A DNA stretch of 60,532 nucleotides from Paraspadella gotoi (lineage: Eukaryota > Animalia > Chaetognatha), in the NCBI GenBank assembly GCA_051294375.1, contig JBJCIZ010000744.1, positions 1-60,532 on the forward strand. The letters run 5' to 3'. A model generated the notes under the pieces. It was not told where the DNA came from. It was given only the letters and a program-made list of their open reading frames with translations, and made no database searches. Numbering within the stretch: the first letter of the stretch is position 1; each line of letters begins with the position of its first letter. Made by a program: the position numbers and the translations under genes. Positions 14,211 through 33,065 of the stretch are shown here, in pieces.

Positions 14211-14649
14211 AGTAGGAAATCCTAAAACTATAAAGAATAAAAAACAGAATTCCGATGTCATAAATACACAGGCAAAGAAAGTCATTGTCGTCATGCAGTC
14301 ATGTCATGTCGCGTCATGTCATGTTACGAGAAATACACGTGAACATAAAGTCACTGCGGCGCAACATATTGGATGAACCGATCTTGTTTTCTTTTTTCTC
14401 ATCCTATATTTTCTTTCATTTTCCCTCCATTTTCCTTATTCAATTTTTTTGCCGCCATTTTACGCTCTCATCTTTTTATTTTCTCTTTTTTACCTTATTT
14501 CTCTCTCTTTTTCACTCATCTATTTTTCCTTTTTTTTTTACCTTTTTACCCCTTTTTCCATTTATCCATTTTTTGTCCATTTTCTTTTTCCCCCCAACCC
14601 TTCCTTCTTTTCCTCTCCCATTGTTTTTCCCTTTTTTCTCTCACATTTA

Positions 14650-14850
14650 TCAAATTGGTACAACCAATATAAAAATTACCCATTCATTTAATAAATAAGC
14701 TATCTTGCCCCTGACTTTGGTCAGGCTTTGCTGGCTTAAGGCCTTCATCACTCTTACAAGATAATGACATAGCAGATCCTTGCAAGCTTTCAATCAAGTC
14801 TCTCTCACAGTCTCGTCTCTTCACCCCCAGAGTACCTGGCTTCGCCAGCA
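14650..14850 (+). repeat. Dispersed repeat family beginning aaattggtacaaccaatataaaaatt (most complete copy)
   Basis: It aligns by eye with the reverse complement of about 35790-35960 and partially with 883-966 and 52686-52770. Confidence 0.8.
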
Positions 14851-15994
14851 TTTTAAAGGGTCCTTGGCTTGAGGGGGTTTTCCAGACCCTCAGTTGGGTT
14901 TACGGCCTTCCAAGCGAAGATATCGATCCATGTACCTAATGGTCCTAAGCTGATGGCTTTACTCAATGGGCCAACAGAAAGAGTGAGATGAACTAGCTCC
15001 AATGCCGAACAACAATCTGGAACAGCTGATGCCACCAAGAGGTCAGGACGTCATGCAGTTTTAGGACACCGCGCCACTTGACTCAACCCATCCGTCTCGG
15101 GTGGCCAAAAAAAAAATAAAACCGAAAGGGAAATGTTAAGGACGCGTCCAAGTTTTAATTAAAAGACACAAAAGAAAGATTATAACGATAAAAAAGTATA
15201 GAAAGATTTTAACTATTCACGCGGTGTATATATTTATGGGACACGTTAAAAACGCTCGCCTAAACGAGTGATCTAACTTCTAAAACAAAAAGAATTTAAA
15301 ACGTAAATATAAAACATAAAAACTGTCTTAAGTGAAGGCGAGAAAAAAAAATTAATGGCGAACTTTTCACCCGGACAGCTTAGCCCCGGACCGCCACCAA
15401 CGTTTCATTCAGTGGCCGTGGAGTGTAGAGTTGTAGATCGCTGGAATTTGTTGATTATTTTTAAATAATTTTATCATTAACTATTTTATATTAAATTTAT
15501 AATTATTATAAACTAATCAATTCAAAGTTTTTATTGAATAATAATTAATAAATTATATTAAGTTTTTTTAAATTTATTACTTTTTATATTATTTAAACAT
15601 TTTTCATAATAATTAATAAATTTTATAAAATTAAATTTTATAAAACAAAAATTAGTGAGTTAAAGGTCACCGCTACTGCGGTCGGTCCGAAAAAGGGAGA
15701 AAAAAAAAAGAGATTTAATTTCTCTGTTTTCGCCCCCGTGATAGAAGGTGGTCCCGCCAGTGGCAGCGCTAAGGATTTATTAACCTTTTTTTTTTCTTGT
15801 GTGTGTGTGTGTTTGAGTATTCGTCTTCGCCTGCATGTTTGTGTGTGTCGCGACTGTGTGAGGCGGCAAGAAAAAAAAAAAAGTCATTAGATGCGGATAA
15901 ATAACTGTGGAGTAAAGTATGATATAACTTGGGCGGGCGAGAGGATCGTGTAGCGTGATGAATGACACGTCGACAACGACGACGNNNNNNNNNN

Positions 15995-21035
<5,041 letters not shown>

Positions 21036-21060
21036 NNNNNNNNNNNNNNNNNNNNNNNNN

Positions 21061-23250
21061 ACGACGGGATACGGGGACCGACGAACGACGATGACGACCG
21101 ACGACGAAGACGATGACGACGACGAACCGACCGATGACGACGACGAACGAGATGACGACGAACGACGATGACGACGACGAACGACGACGACGATGACGAC
21201 GACGAACGACGATGACGACGACGAACGCCGACGACGACGACGAACGACGATGACGACGACGAACGACGATGACGACGACGAACGACGATGACGACGACGA
21301 ACGACGATGACGACGACGAACGACGATGACGACGACGAACGACGATGACGACGACGAACGACATACGACGACGAACGAGACGACATGACGACGACGAACG
21401 ACGATGACGACGCCGAACGACGATGACGACGACGAACGACGTGACGACGACGACGACGATACGACGACGAACGACGATGACGACGACGAACGACGATGAC
21501 GACGACGAACGACGATGACGACGACGAAGACGATGACGACGACGACGACGAGACGATGACGACGACGAACGAGATGACGACGACGAAGCGATGACGACGA
21601 ACGAACGACGATGAGGACACGACGACGATGACGACGACGAACGACGATGACGACGACAACACGATGACGACGACGAACGACGATGACGACGACGAACGAC
21701 ATGACGAGACGAACGACGATGACGACGACGAACGACGATGACGACGACGAACGACGATGACGACGACGAACGACGACGACATGAAGACGACGAACGACGA
21801 TGACGACGACGACGACGATGACGACGACGAACGACGATGAGACGACGAACGACGATGACGACGACGAACGACGATGACACGACGAACGACGATGACGACG
21901 ACGACGACGATGACGACGGACGAACGACGATGAGACGACGACGACGATGACGACGACGAACGACGATGACGACGACGAACGACGACGACGATGACGACGA
22001 CGAACGACGATGACGACGCGAACGACGATGACGACGACGAACGACCGATGACGACGACGAACGACGATGACGACGACGAACGACGATGACGACGACGAAC
22101 GACGATGAACGACGAACGACGACGATGAGACGACGAACGATCGATGACGACGACGAACGACGATGACGATGACGACACGAAGACGATGACGACGACGAAC
22201 GACGATGACGACGACGAACGACGACGACGATGACGACGACGAACGACATACGACGACGAACGACGATGACGACGACGAACGACGATGGACGACGACGAAC
22301 GACGATGACGACACGAACGACGATGACGACGACGAACACGTGAGACGACGAACGACGATGACGACGACAACGACGATGACGACGACGAACGACGACGACG
22401 ATGACGACGACGAACACGATGACGAGGAACGATCGATGGAGACACGACGACGATGACGACGACGAACGACCGATGACGACGACGAACGACGATGAGACGA
22501 CGACGACGATGAGACGACGAACGACGATGAAGACGACGAACGACGATGACGACGACGACGACGATGACCGACGACGAACGACGATGACGACGACGAACGA
22601 CGACGACATGACGACGACGAACGACGATGGGACGACGATAACGACGCCCGATGACGACGACGAACGACCGGTGACGACGACGAACGACGATGACGACGAC
22701 GAACGACGATGACGACGACACGCATGAGACGAGACGACGATGACGACGACGAACGACGATGACGACGAGGAACGACGATGACGACGACGAACGACGATGA
22801 CTGACGCGACGAACGACCGGCATGACGACGCCCACGCCAACGACGATTTGACGACGACGAACGACGATGACGACGACGAACGACGATGACCGACGACGAA
22901 CGACGATGACGAGACGACGACGAACGACGAACGAACGATGACCGACGACGAACGACGATGACGACGACGAACGACGATGACGACGACGACGACGATGACG
23001 CGACGAACGACGGATGACGACGACACGAACGACGATGACGACGACGAACGACGAATGACGACGACGAACGACGATGACGACGACGAACGACGATGACGAC
23101 GACGAACGACGATGACGACGACGAACGACGATGACGACGACGAAACGACGATGACGACGACGAACGACGATGACGACGACGGTGACGACGACGAACGACA
23201 CGACGTGACGACGACGACGAACGACGTTTGACGACGACGAACGACGACAA
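21061..23250. repeat. About 2.2-kb compound (GAC)n-derived array with a 19-bp unit GACGATGACGACGACGAAC
   Basis: Directly visible. It produces three stop-free minus-strand frames. Confidence 0.95.
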
Positions 23251-25094
23251 GAGGACGAGACACCAGCGATAATGACCAAAGTCTTTGCCGACATCGATTA
23301 ACGACAAAGGCGATGTTACAAAAACCGCTTTTGTGGATTTTGGCTCAATTACTGGATTGTCACGCCTAAGAATTTAAATCTGTGAAAATAGATGATCAGA
23401 AGGACGAACTGATGGAAGGAAGCCGAAGTCTGAAATTCACTATCTGTGAATTAGTGATCGTGAATTTGTAACGATGCGTATGACGCTTCTTATTACTTTC
23501 GCTATGAAATTGAATTTTGATAAAAAAAAAAACGATCTCTCACTGGGTCAGGAATTTGAACGAAAACAAAACAAACAACGAAAGGGAAATGCAATGTTTT
23601 CCGTGGCAAAACTCCGAAAGCGACGAACGACGAACGACGAACGACGAACGACGACGACCGACGACGACGACGAGCACGACGAACGACGACGACGACCGAC
23701 GACCGACGACGACGACGACTTCCTCAAACTCTCAGGCGACGAAATCCCGAGGTCCCGCTGAGGGAAAAATAACAGAAATGAACGCAGAACGAGAGAAGAG
23801 AGACGAGAGAAGCCAGAGGAGAGAGAAGAAGAGATGAGAGAGGGAGAGACCGAGACGAGAGAGAGAGAAGAGAGAGAGAGAGAGGCCGGAGTTTCCTGGC
23901 AGTCGTTGGGCGGGGCTGATAGGTTGGGGAAGGAGTCGATTAGCGGATGCCACTAAAGTTATCTACTTTTTTTGCCATCTCCGGAAACTAGAAAAGGTAA
24001 GGAAATGCTGGTGTGAGGTAAGTTGACGAAAAGGTAGTCATTCTGGCCAGTGAAGAGATCTTCAAATCTTAGATTTAGAATAATTAGGTTAATAGATTTA
24101 GTTAGGGAATTAAGAATATAGATTCGGTTATGGATTAGAGTTAAAATTTTGGTTTGAGATTAGTGTTAAAGAGTATCGTGTTTGGTTAAGAGTTTATAAT
24201 ACTTTTTATCTGATATGAATAAAGTTTGAGTTGGATTAAGGTTATGGACAGGATTAAACATTTGGGAAAAAGATTATATAGGAGGCATATATATTATAAT
24301 GCTTGTATATTAAGCGAATAATATTTTTCATATTTTTCGTCCCATTTAATAAAAAAAAACATATCGTTTATTGTCCTTTATCGTTTTTCATCGTCCTCCG
24401 ATTGATCTTTTCCATTTCAACTCTTCTAACCGGAAAAAATTTAAAAAAGGTTTGACCTCTTGAACATAATTAACCGCTTTAAATTCAAGAGATCAACACA
24501 ATTCTACATTAAATCTTTTTTTTAAATTATTGTTCGTTTCGATCTGGACGATCCACACAGAAAGTTAAAGACCCAACTCGAAGAAAAACGAACACAATTA
24601 ATACATCTCTAAATTTTCTCTTTTTTTCTTTTTTTTTTTTTTTTCTTTCTTTTTTTTTTTTCAAAGTGTGAGGTCTACATTTTTTTTACAAATTCGTTCG
24701 ATGGTCGATGAATTTAAATATATTTTTCTTTTAATTTTAAAAACAATGAAGTCATCCATTTCCTTATTTTTCACAGCGGCAGATTTCGTCTCAACTACAG
24801 AAAGTGCTACACAAATGTACGGACGCTCAGTACAGTTGTAAAAGTTTTTTTTGCTCGATAATTGCGTTGTGATTGCCTTCAAAATACGTGCCGCCCAGAC
24901 GGAGAGAGAGAGAGAGCGCTGTCTCTCTCTCTCTTAGTCTATCACTCTATCTCTCTGGCTCTCTCTCTCTTTCTCTTTCTCTCTCTTTCTTCCTTTTTTC
25001 TCTTTTTCTTTTTCTTCTTCTCTTCTCTCTGCCTTTTTCTTATCTCTCTCTTTGTCTGTCTATCTCTCAGACTCTCTATCTGTCTCTCCTTCTT

Positions 25095-25147
<53 letters not shown>

Positions 25148-25955
25148 CCAAATCCCCACCTCCACCCTCCTCACCACTCTAGTCTCACCCCAGCCCCCAC
25201 CACCGCAGTTTCTCTCTTCGATCTAAGGACCTAACTTCAGCTGGCGACGTTGGGGGGTTTGATGGGGTGGAGAAGCCGTTGATTGGAGTGGAAGGCTAGA
25301 GATGGTTAAGGTTGGTTGGATATGTAAGAGCCGCTGTGGATTTGTCGGCATTAACGGTCGGTTGTTTAAAACCAAAGTAAAAGGTGCATTAGCATGGGAT
25401 TTAATTGGTATTTTTATTTCCGTTCATTAACTAAAATATCATTATGAAAAGATATTGCAGCCAATACAAATTTTATTTAAAAATAAATAAAGAGAAGAAA
25501 GAACAAAGGGAAAGGAAAAGTAAAAGAAGAAAAAAAAAAGGAAAAAAGTAAAAGAAGAAGAAAAGGAAAAGTAAAAGAAAAAAAAAGGAAAAAGTAAACG
25601 AAGGAAAAAAATGAAACAGTAAAAAAGAAAAAGAAAAAAGTAAAAAAAGAAAGAAAAACCGGAAAAAGTAAAAGAATAAAAAAAAGAAAAAGTAAACAAG
25701 AAGAAAAAAAAGGAAAAGTAAAAGAAGAAAAAAAAAGGAAAAGTAAAAGAGAAAAAAAGGAAAAAGTAAAAGAAAAAAAAGGAAAAAGTAAAAGAAGAAA
25801 AAAAAAAAGAAAAAAAGTAAAAATGAACATAAAAAGAAAAAAGTTTTAATCTTTTTTTCTTAGTCGAATTTTACGCTCGCCTTTTTTTTTCCATCTTCTT
25901 TTAGTGAATGACGCGTTTTATTGTAGCTATAATATTTGCCCCAGGGTAAAAGTGA

Positions 25956-26049
<94 letters not shown>

Positions 26050-26534
26050 ATGATGCACGACGAGTTCCTGAAGAGCCGATACGGAGAGAGATTGAGATCA
26101 GACTAAAATAACGTCGGGCGCGAACTAGGGGGACCAATCGGTGACCGAGGAACGTCGGAGTTTTGTCCAAATCGGGTATCGTAATAACGAAGAAAATAAA
26201 TATGACGACGGCATTGAAGGGGATTCTCGTCTCTCGTGCTTCCCGCCTAGCGTTTTGTCGTAGTCGTCGTCGTCGTGTCGTCGTCGTCGTATTTGACGAG
26301 ATATTGCCTGCGGTTGATGAGTTTCTGATTGAAACATGGAGTTTAATCATCGAATGTTTGAAGACGACAACAACAACAAAAAGACGATGACGACGACGAC
26401 GACGACGAGGTGACGTTACGACCAGACGATTACGTTGCGAGTGATGAACCGACGCTCCGCTTGTATTCTGCTAATGATCTGTGTCGGGGGCCCTCGCGAG
26501 GATGAGAGGAGAGAGAGAAGGAGAGAGAGAGAGA

Positions 26535-26593
<59 letters not shown>

Positions 26594-26649
26594 CTGATGA
26601 ACGAAAATGATGATTATTTCTTGTGACGAATCCGTTGTGCTTGTGGACA

Positions 26650-26712
<63 letters not shown>

Positions 26713-27498
26713 AGACGACGACGACGACGACGACCTCAAGATATGAATTGTAAATACTAAATCGAAACGAAAAGAAAGAACTTTTTTTTTTTACATCGGT
26801 TTTTTTTTTAATTTTCGTGATCAACATTTCAATACACAATATTTTGTCGCCCAAATGTGTTCATGTTAAGTTACACATATTTTTTTTTATCGGGGTTAAA
26901 AAACGGGAGAAAGAGATTCGAGTTGTTTTTTTTTTTTTCAATTGTCAGTCGATAAATTTACAAATACATATATGACAAAATTACAAAACAAACATCTATT
27001 GAGGATTATATCTTTACAACGGACTCGGGACCGAACTGGTAACTGACTGATTCCAGATCTCAATGTGCGAATAAACATTATTCATTATTTTTAAATAGAA
27101 CGAAATAATTCTATCGTCTAAGACTTCTGTTTTTTTTTCGCAATTTAAAAAAAAAAAATTCGTTATCTGGTTTTTGGGCGAAGCGGACGATTTTTAAGTT
27201 TAAATGTATATGTATATAATATTGCAAATTATTACACATAAATCGAGAGGAAGAATCGCGGACCTCCGTCCGTCAGATTTCTTTTTTTTTTTTTTTAGGG
27301 GAATCGTCGAAAGGAAGCTACAATAATGTACAAAGTACAAGAGTACAATGTACAATAATGCAGGTTACTCTCTAAAAGTGATATTACAAAGTGGAAATGC
27401 TATTCCTTTTTAGTGGGAAGGGAAGGGGAAATATGCCTTTACAATGTTCGTTAAAAGGAAAGAAGAGTAGAGAGGAGAGAGAGATGAGGAGCAGGAGA

Positions 27499-27547
<49 letters not shown>

Positions 27548-28385
27548 AAGAGAGAGTAGAGAGTGAATATTTTGATCAACGATTGTTGGTGTGAAAATTC
27601 GAGTATTTGAATGTGACGAAATGTTTTGTTTGTTTAAAATCGGGTTGTGACAAATCAAACCAAAAAAAAAAAATCGTTTTTTATATACTCAGTGTCTTAT
27701 TAAATACACATAGGACAGAGAACTCAAAGAGAATTCTTAGCGAAGTTATTTATAGTTTTTCTTTTTTTATTTTCTCACTCGGCGTGGAGGGAGAAATCAA
27801 TCTTATTCCGGGGGGGGGGAGTCAGAAAAAGAGTCATTAAATCTCGAATTTTGTAATATTTAAAAAAAAAATTACAAATAGTGTACGTATGGCGGTTGGT
27901 ATATAAATGTTTTCATTCTTTTGGTTTTGTTTGGTGTTGTTGATGGTTTGATGTAGAAAAAAAAGTTATCTTAACCACATTGCGAAGATGCGAGGCGCAG
28001 ATGTGCAAAGAGGAAGTAGATAGGAAGGTTATTGGGTAAGCAGCCCGGCGAACTGAAGGGGAGAGAGGGAGCGGAGCGAAATGCGGTGGGGGTAGTTGTG
28101 AGATGATGAATGGTGAACGGAAATGGGGACGGGGGGGGGTGAATTAGAAAAGTTTTCGTGAGCTCAAGTTAAATTTTGGTGCAAAATTCCTCATCTTTTT
28201 ATTTTTAAAATCGAACGGTAGAGGAATTCTGACTTTTGGTTTTGTTTTAAAAACAGAAATATTGTTTTTTGTTTTTTTTTGCTTGTTTTTTTGTTTTCTT
28301 TTAAGAAGAACATTTTTGGGGTAGAAACATCTCGATGATGCAATGAAGAGAGAAGAGAAGAGAGAGAATGAGAGAGAGGAGAGAG
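23230..28385 (+). repeat. Copy B of the approximately 5-kb direct duplication
   Basis: Differs from copy A mainly by 1-bp indels and contains sequence where copy A has N-gaps. Confidence 0.95.
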
Positions 28386-28727
28386 AGGAGAGACGATAGA
28401 GAGATCAATACATCCTAATTTAGTCAAATTAAAGTCTGCCAATTTTTTTTCTTTTTTTTTTTTTTTAAGAATATTTTTTTATTAAATTAACAATTTACTC
28501 TACGAACGATAATCTCAATAAACTAATCTTGATATAAACTTAACAATTACGAAACATCCTCGGGGGGGGAAAATTGACTCTGGATTTTGACTAGAGACGG
28601 TTTTTAAAACGAAGAAGGGAATGGATGCAGCATGGACTCTTGTGACCGAAGGATGTAACTGGATAGCAAAGGAGTTCGACCCATTTCTGAGGATGTAATT
28701 GAGTCAACGGATGTTTTCTTCCCACAA

Positions 28728-28803
28728 TCAGTAAACTGTGCCTCCGTGATCGGCGGGAGATAGATGGTTGCCATAGTGACCCGACGCCGCCGCCACGGCG
28801 TAT
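28728..28803 (-). CDS. SoxB1: SoxB1 terminal coding exon (R)YAVAAASGHYGNHLSPADHGGTVY*
   Basis: tttttccccag|A TAC GCC GTG ... GTT TAC TGA. The phase-2 start matches the previous exon, and the stop codon is at 28728-28730. Confidence 0.85.
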
Positions 28804-29028
28804 CTGGGGAAAAAAAAATTGAGAGCGGTCAATATCATTTCATCGGTTAATTAATTTATAATTATTGATAAAACTCCAAATTATCCAAGTCTCCAACTTG
28901 TCTCTTGTAGCCTGACTTATCTTCATCAATGCCGATGCCATCCGGAACTCCGCACTGACCAATTCCATCTGCAACCTCACCCATCACACACAAGCCTCAG
29001 CCCCGCCTGATCCGCCCGCCTGACTCAC

Positions 29029-29122
29029 CTGGCGTAGTCGCCGTTTCCGGACGCGACGGCGGCGGCGCTGACCGCCTGTTCGCTGGGAGGAAGATACATG
29101 TTGATCATATCGCGAAGGTCGC
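29029..29122 (-). CDS. SoxB1: SoxB1 exon (G)DLRDMINMYLPPSEQAVSAAAVASGNGDYA
   Basis: ttcgacag|GC GAC CTT CGC GAT ATG ATC AAC ATG TAT CTT CCT ... GCC AG|gtgag; 94 bp, phase 1 to phase 2. It matches the SoxB1 C-terminal motif GDLRDMISMYLP. Confidence 0.95.
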
Positions 29123-29175
29123 CTGTCGAATCGGAAGTTGTGAGACGTTGTGAACGTTTAAGTTGTGAATGTTGT

Positions 29176-29335
29176 GACTAATCCTACACTTATCCTAAAC
29201 TAATCCTTAATCTTTAACTAATCCTTAATCTTAAACTAATCCTAAACTAATCCTTAATCTTAAACTAATCCTAAACTAATCCTTAATCTTAAACTAATCC
29301 TAAAACTAATCCTTAATCTCAAACTAATCTTATTC
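29176..29335. repeat. Intronic tandem repeat built from ctaatcctaaa and ctaatccttaatcttaaa units
   Basis: Directly visible; it fills over half of the 267-bp intron 29123-29389. Confidence 0.85.
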
Positions 29336-29389
29336 TGAAACCCTGAAGCAAAGACAGAGAATGAGGCGGAATTAACGAAAGATCCTTAC

Positions 29390-29516
29390 CGGGGCAGGGT
29401 CCGCCCCGCGCGGCGGCGACGGCGGCGGCGGCGGCGGCCATGGCGCTGCTCCTGGGCGCGTGGTGGGCGTGGCCCATGTAAGACGCCACGCTGGACATTG
29501 ACGACGCCATGGAGGA
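29390..29516 (-). CDS. SoxB1: SoxB1 exon with its 5' end lost in the gap: SSMASSMSSVASYMGHAHHAPRSSAMAAAAAAVAAARGGPCP
   Basis: Open GC-rich frame ending TGC CCC G|gtaag (phase 1). It joins the next exon to give CPGDLRDM. Confidence 0.88.
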
Positions 29517-31464
29517 NNNNNNNNNNNNNNNNNNNNNNNNNNNNNNNNNNNNNNNNNNNNNNNNNNNNNNNNNNNNNNNNNNNNNNNNNNNNNNNNNNNN
29601 NNNNNNNNNNNNNNNNNNNNNNNNNNNNNNNNNNNNNNNNNNNNNNNNNNNNNNNNNNNNNNNNNNNNNNNNNNNNNNNNNNNNNNNNNNNNNNNNNNNN
29701 NNNNNNNNNNNNNNNNNNNNNNNNNNNNNNNNNNNNNNNNNNNNNNNNNNNNNNNNNNNNNNNNNNNNNNNNNNNNNNNNNNNNNNNNNNNNNNNNNNNN
29801 NNNNNNNNNNNNNNNNNNNNNNNNNNNNNNNNNNNNNNNNNNNNNNNNNNNNNNNNNNNNNNNNNNNNNNNNNNNNNNNNNNNNNNNNNNNNNNNNNNNN
29901 NNNNNNNNNNNNNNNNNNNNNNNNNNNNNNNNNNNNNNNNNNNNNNNNNNNNNNNNNNNNNNNNNNNNNNNNNNNNNNNNNNNNNNNNNNNNNNNNNNNN
30001 NNNNNNNNNNNNNNNNNNNNNNNNNNNNNNNNNNNNNNNNNNNNNNNNNNNNNNNNNNNNNNNNNNNNNNNNNNNNNNNNNNNNNNNNNNNNNNNNNNNN
30101 NNNNNNNNNNNNNNNNNNNNNNNNNNNNNNNNNNNNNNNNNNNNNNNNNNNNNNNNNNNNNNNNNNNNNNNNNNNNNNNNNNNNNNNNNNNNNNNNNNNN
30201 NNNNNNNNNNNNNNNNNNNNNNNNNNNNNNNNNNNNNNNNNNNNNNNNNNNNNNNNNNNNNNNNNNNNNNNNNNNNNNNNNNNNNNNNNNNNNNNNNNNN
30301 NNNNNNNNNNNNNNNNNNNNNNNNNNNNNNNNNNNNNNNNNNNNNNNNNNNNNNNNNNNNNNNNNNNNNNNNNNNNNNNNNNNNNNNNNNNNNNNNNNNN
30401 NNNNNNNNNNNNNNNNNNNNNNNNNNNNNNNNNNNNNNNNNNNNNNNNNNNGCTTAAGACTTCCTCATCATCTTGAAAAGTGCGGAGAGAGAAGGAGAAG
30501 TAGAAGAAATAGAGGGAAGGAGCAAAACCGGTCTTGACTCGCACTTATGTTGCCCATTCGCATCAAAATCTTGAAGTAGAGACCATTTCTCTCTCTCTCT
30601 CTCTCTCTCTCTTCTTCTCTCCTCTCTCTCTCTCTCTCACCCTCCCTTAAAGTGAAGATCATTCTCATCACATACTCCAGCCATAAGTTAGAGAGTCCAA
30701 CCGATTCGTTTCGCCAGAAAAGCACATCAGACGACGACCGACATTATTATTCTCTCCTTTACAAAATTCAAGCATGTCTTCTCCCCTTCATACGCTGTCC
30801 GGCTCCCCCCTCTCCTCTCTCCCGTCTCCCTCTTCTCTCCATGGCGTCTCTCTCTCTTCTCTCTTCTTAGTCCAATTAAGGTCACGTGATCACGAATCTC
30901 ACGCCATCTTCGGTTTTAGCGGAAGCTCAATACCTAACTCCGTAGCTAACTCCTCATCGCCCGACTCATCCATCGCTATAACTTTACTCCTTTACCGCTC
31001 CTCGCCTCCTCCCTCCATCGACTATCGCTTTGCTAACCTCTACACCCTATCGTTCTGCCTCCTCACTCTCCACATGCCGCTACTACATATATACGTCATC
31101 TCTACCTCTCCCTCTCAGTCTCCTAATATATACAGCTGCTAGACCACTCTTACCCTACCCGCTCCTCCTCCCTACTCAATCCCTTCTCGCTATCCTAACA
31201 TATACCTAGCTGTGCGTACCGCTCTCCGCGACTCCATCACTTGCATCCATCGCTGGGAGAAGCTTTACATACACAGACTGCGTGGTGAAGTCATTCCATT
31301 CGCTCTATATACATCGTGACTCTCTACGCTCCACGCCACTCTATTCATCTCAGCTAGACTCACACTATCCCTACGCTCGCCTCCTCCCCGACTCTGTTCG
31401 CCATTCTACTTAATCTTTTCCCTCGCCTCCGCCTCCTCCCCACTCATCCATCGCTCTAACTTAC

Positions 31465-31592
31465 CCGGACTTCCGGCCGAGGATCCGGATCCGTGATGAT
31501 GCGCCTCCGTCTTGATTCCGGCGACGGAAGCGCCCGGCGACATTTGCGGGTTTTGGGAGGCATGATGAGGAAGGGCGGCGCCCATGCCGCTG
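31465..31592 (-). CDS. SoxB1: SoxB1 exon (G)SGMGAALPHHASQNPQMSPGASVAGIKTEAHHHGSGSSAGSP, containing the psi-K-x-E motif IKTE
   Basis: ttaccctcag|C AGC GGC ATG ... AGT CCG G|gtaag; 128 bp, phase 2 to phase 1. IKTE corresponds to the VKSE SUMOylation motif of Sox2-type proteins. Confidence 0.9.
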
Positions 31593-31803
31593 CTGAGGGT
31601 AAGGAAAGGTAAGGAAGAAGGTGAGAATTGAGTTATGAAATGGAAAATTCTAGATAGAATAGGCCTACAATTTTTATTTCTTATATTTTTGGCATTATTC
31701 AAAATGGGATTTTACCATTTAACTTTTAAGTATCGCTGATAAAATGGGATTTTTCTACCTCGGGATTTTTTTAATGTTTCGATTTGAGTATTGCAATGAA
31801 TTC

Positions 31804-31900
31804 TGTCTTGTCTTTGTTTTGTCTTGTCTTGTCTTGTCTTGTCTTGTCTTGTCTTGTCTTGTCTTGTCTTGTCTTGTCTTGTCTTGTCTTGTCTTGTCAT
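31804..31900. repeat. (TCTTG)n microsatellite
   Basis: Directly visible. Confidence 0.95.
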
Positions 31901-32189
31901 GTCATGTCTTGAATCCGCTAACTGTTTCAAGAATTTTTTTTTTTTCGCTTTTAAAACTTAAAAACGGAAAATTACGTGATTTCATGAATCGTTCCTTTTT
32001 TTTAATGTTGTGCCAAATAACAAATAACAAATAACAAAACTTATCGTCCAATCATGGATCCGATCATCGAGCCAATCAGAGGCGCGATCGATGCACCAAT
32101 CAGAGAGTCGCTCATCGAAAAAAAATGGGTGACTGATTGGAAGTTCGATTGGAACTTGGAAAAGGGCAATCGAAAAGCGATCAGGGGAT

Positions 32190-32303
<114 letters not shown>

Positions 32304-32619
32304 CTTTTGAAGGCTTTTTAACGAGGAGAGAAAGTGAGAGCGAGATTGAGAGCGAGATTGAGAGGGAGTAAGAAGGGAGAAACTCGGTCAAGAGATTTCT
32401 CTTTCTTTTTCATTTTACTTTTTTTTTTCGTTCGTGTTAGGAAATTAAAAGTTGGTTGAATAATGAATATATAATAATGTATATTCTCTGTAAGTTCTTT
32501 TAATATTTTTATCATAATACTTTGGTTTTAAATAAGAAAGAAAGATCGATTGTGAAATAAAGAACAACAATTTTTTATTATAATAAAAACCAAAAAGAAT
32601 TTTTTTTGTGAATTGTTCT

Positions 32620-32682
<63 letters not shown>

Positions 32683-32962
32683 GAGCGAAAACTCCCTCGC
32701 AGATGGTCGCCGAGATCGGGAGGGAGACCCGAATCGTCAACGAGCCATTTGGGCTTGTCGTCGTCGTCGTCGTCGTCGTCGTCGTTTCAGTCATAGTCAC
32801 CCTAATCCACGTCAATTAAAAAGGAATCCCGACAGATCCGAGATTACGTAGCAATTATGTCACGCTTATATCGAAAACGCAGTCACTTTATGGACCCGAA
32901 TTGTCTCACGAGTCACGTGACTTTATAAAATTATTTCTCTTCTCGCTTACAAAATCAAATCC

Positions 32963-33065
<103 letters not shown>

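Noticed and set aside
15410-15680. AT-rich segment bounded by cagtggccgtgg and tcaccgctactg as a possible MITE
   Set aside because: The 12-bp inverted match has three mismatches, with no target-site duplication or second copy in the window.
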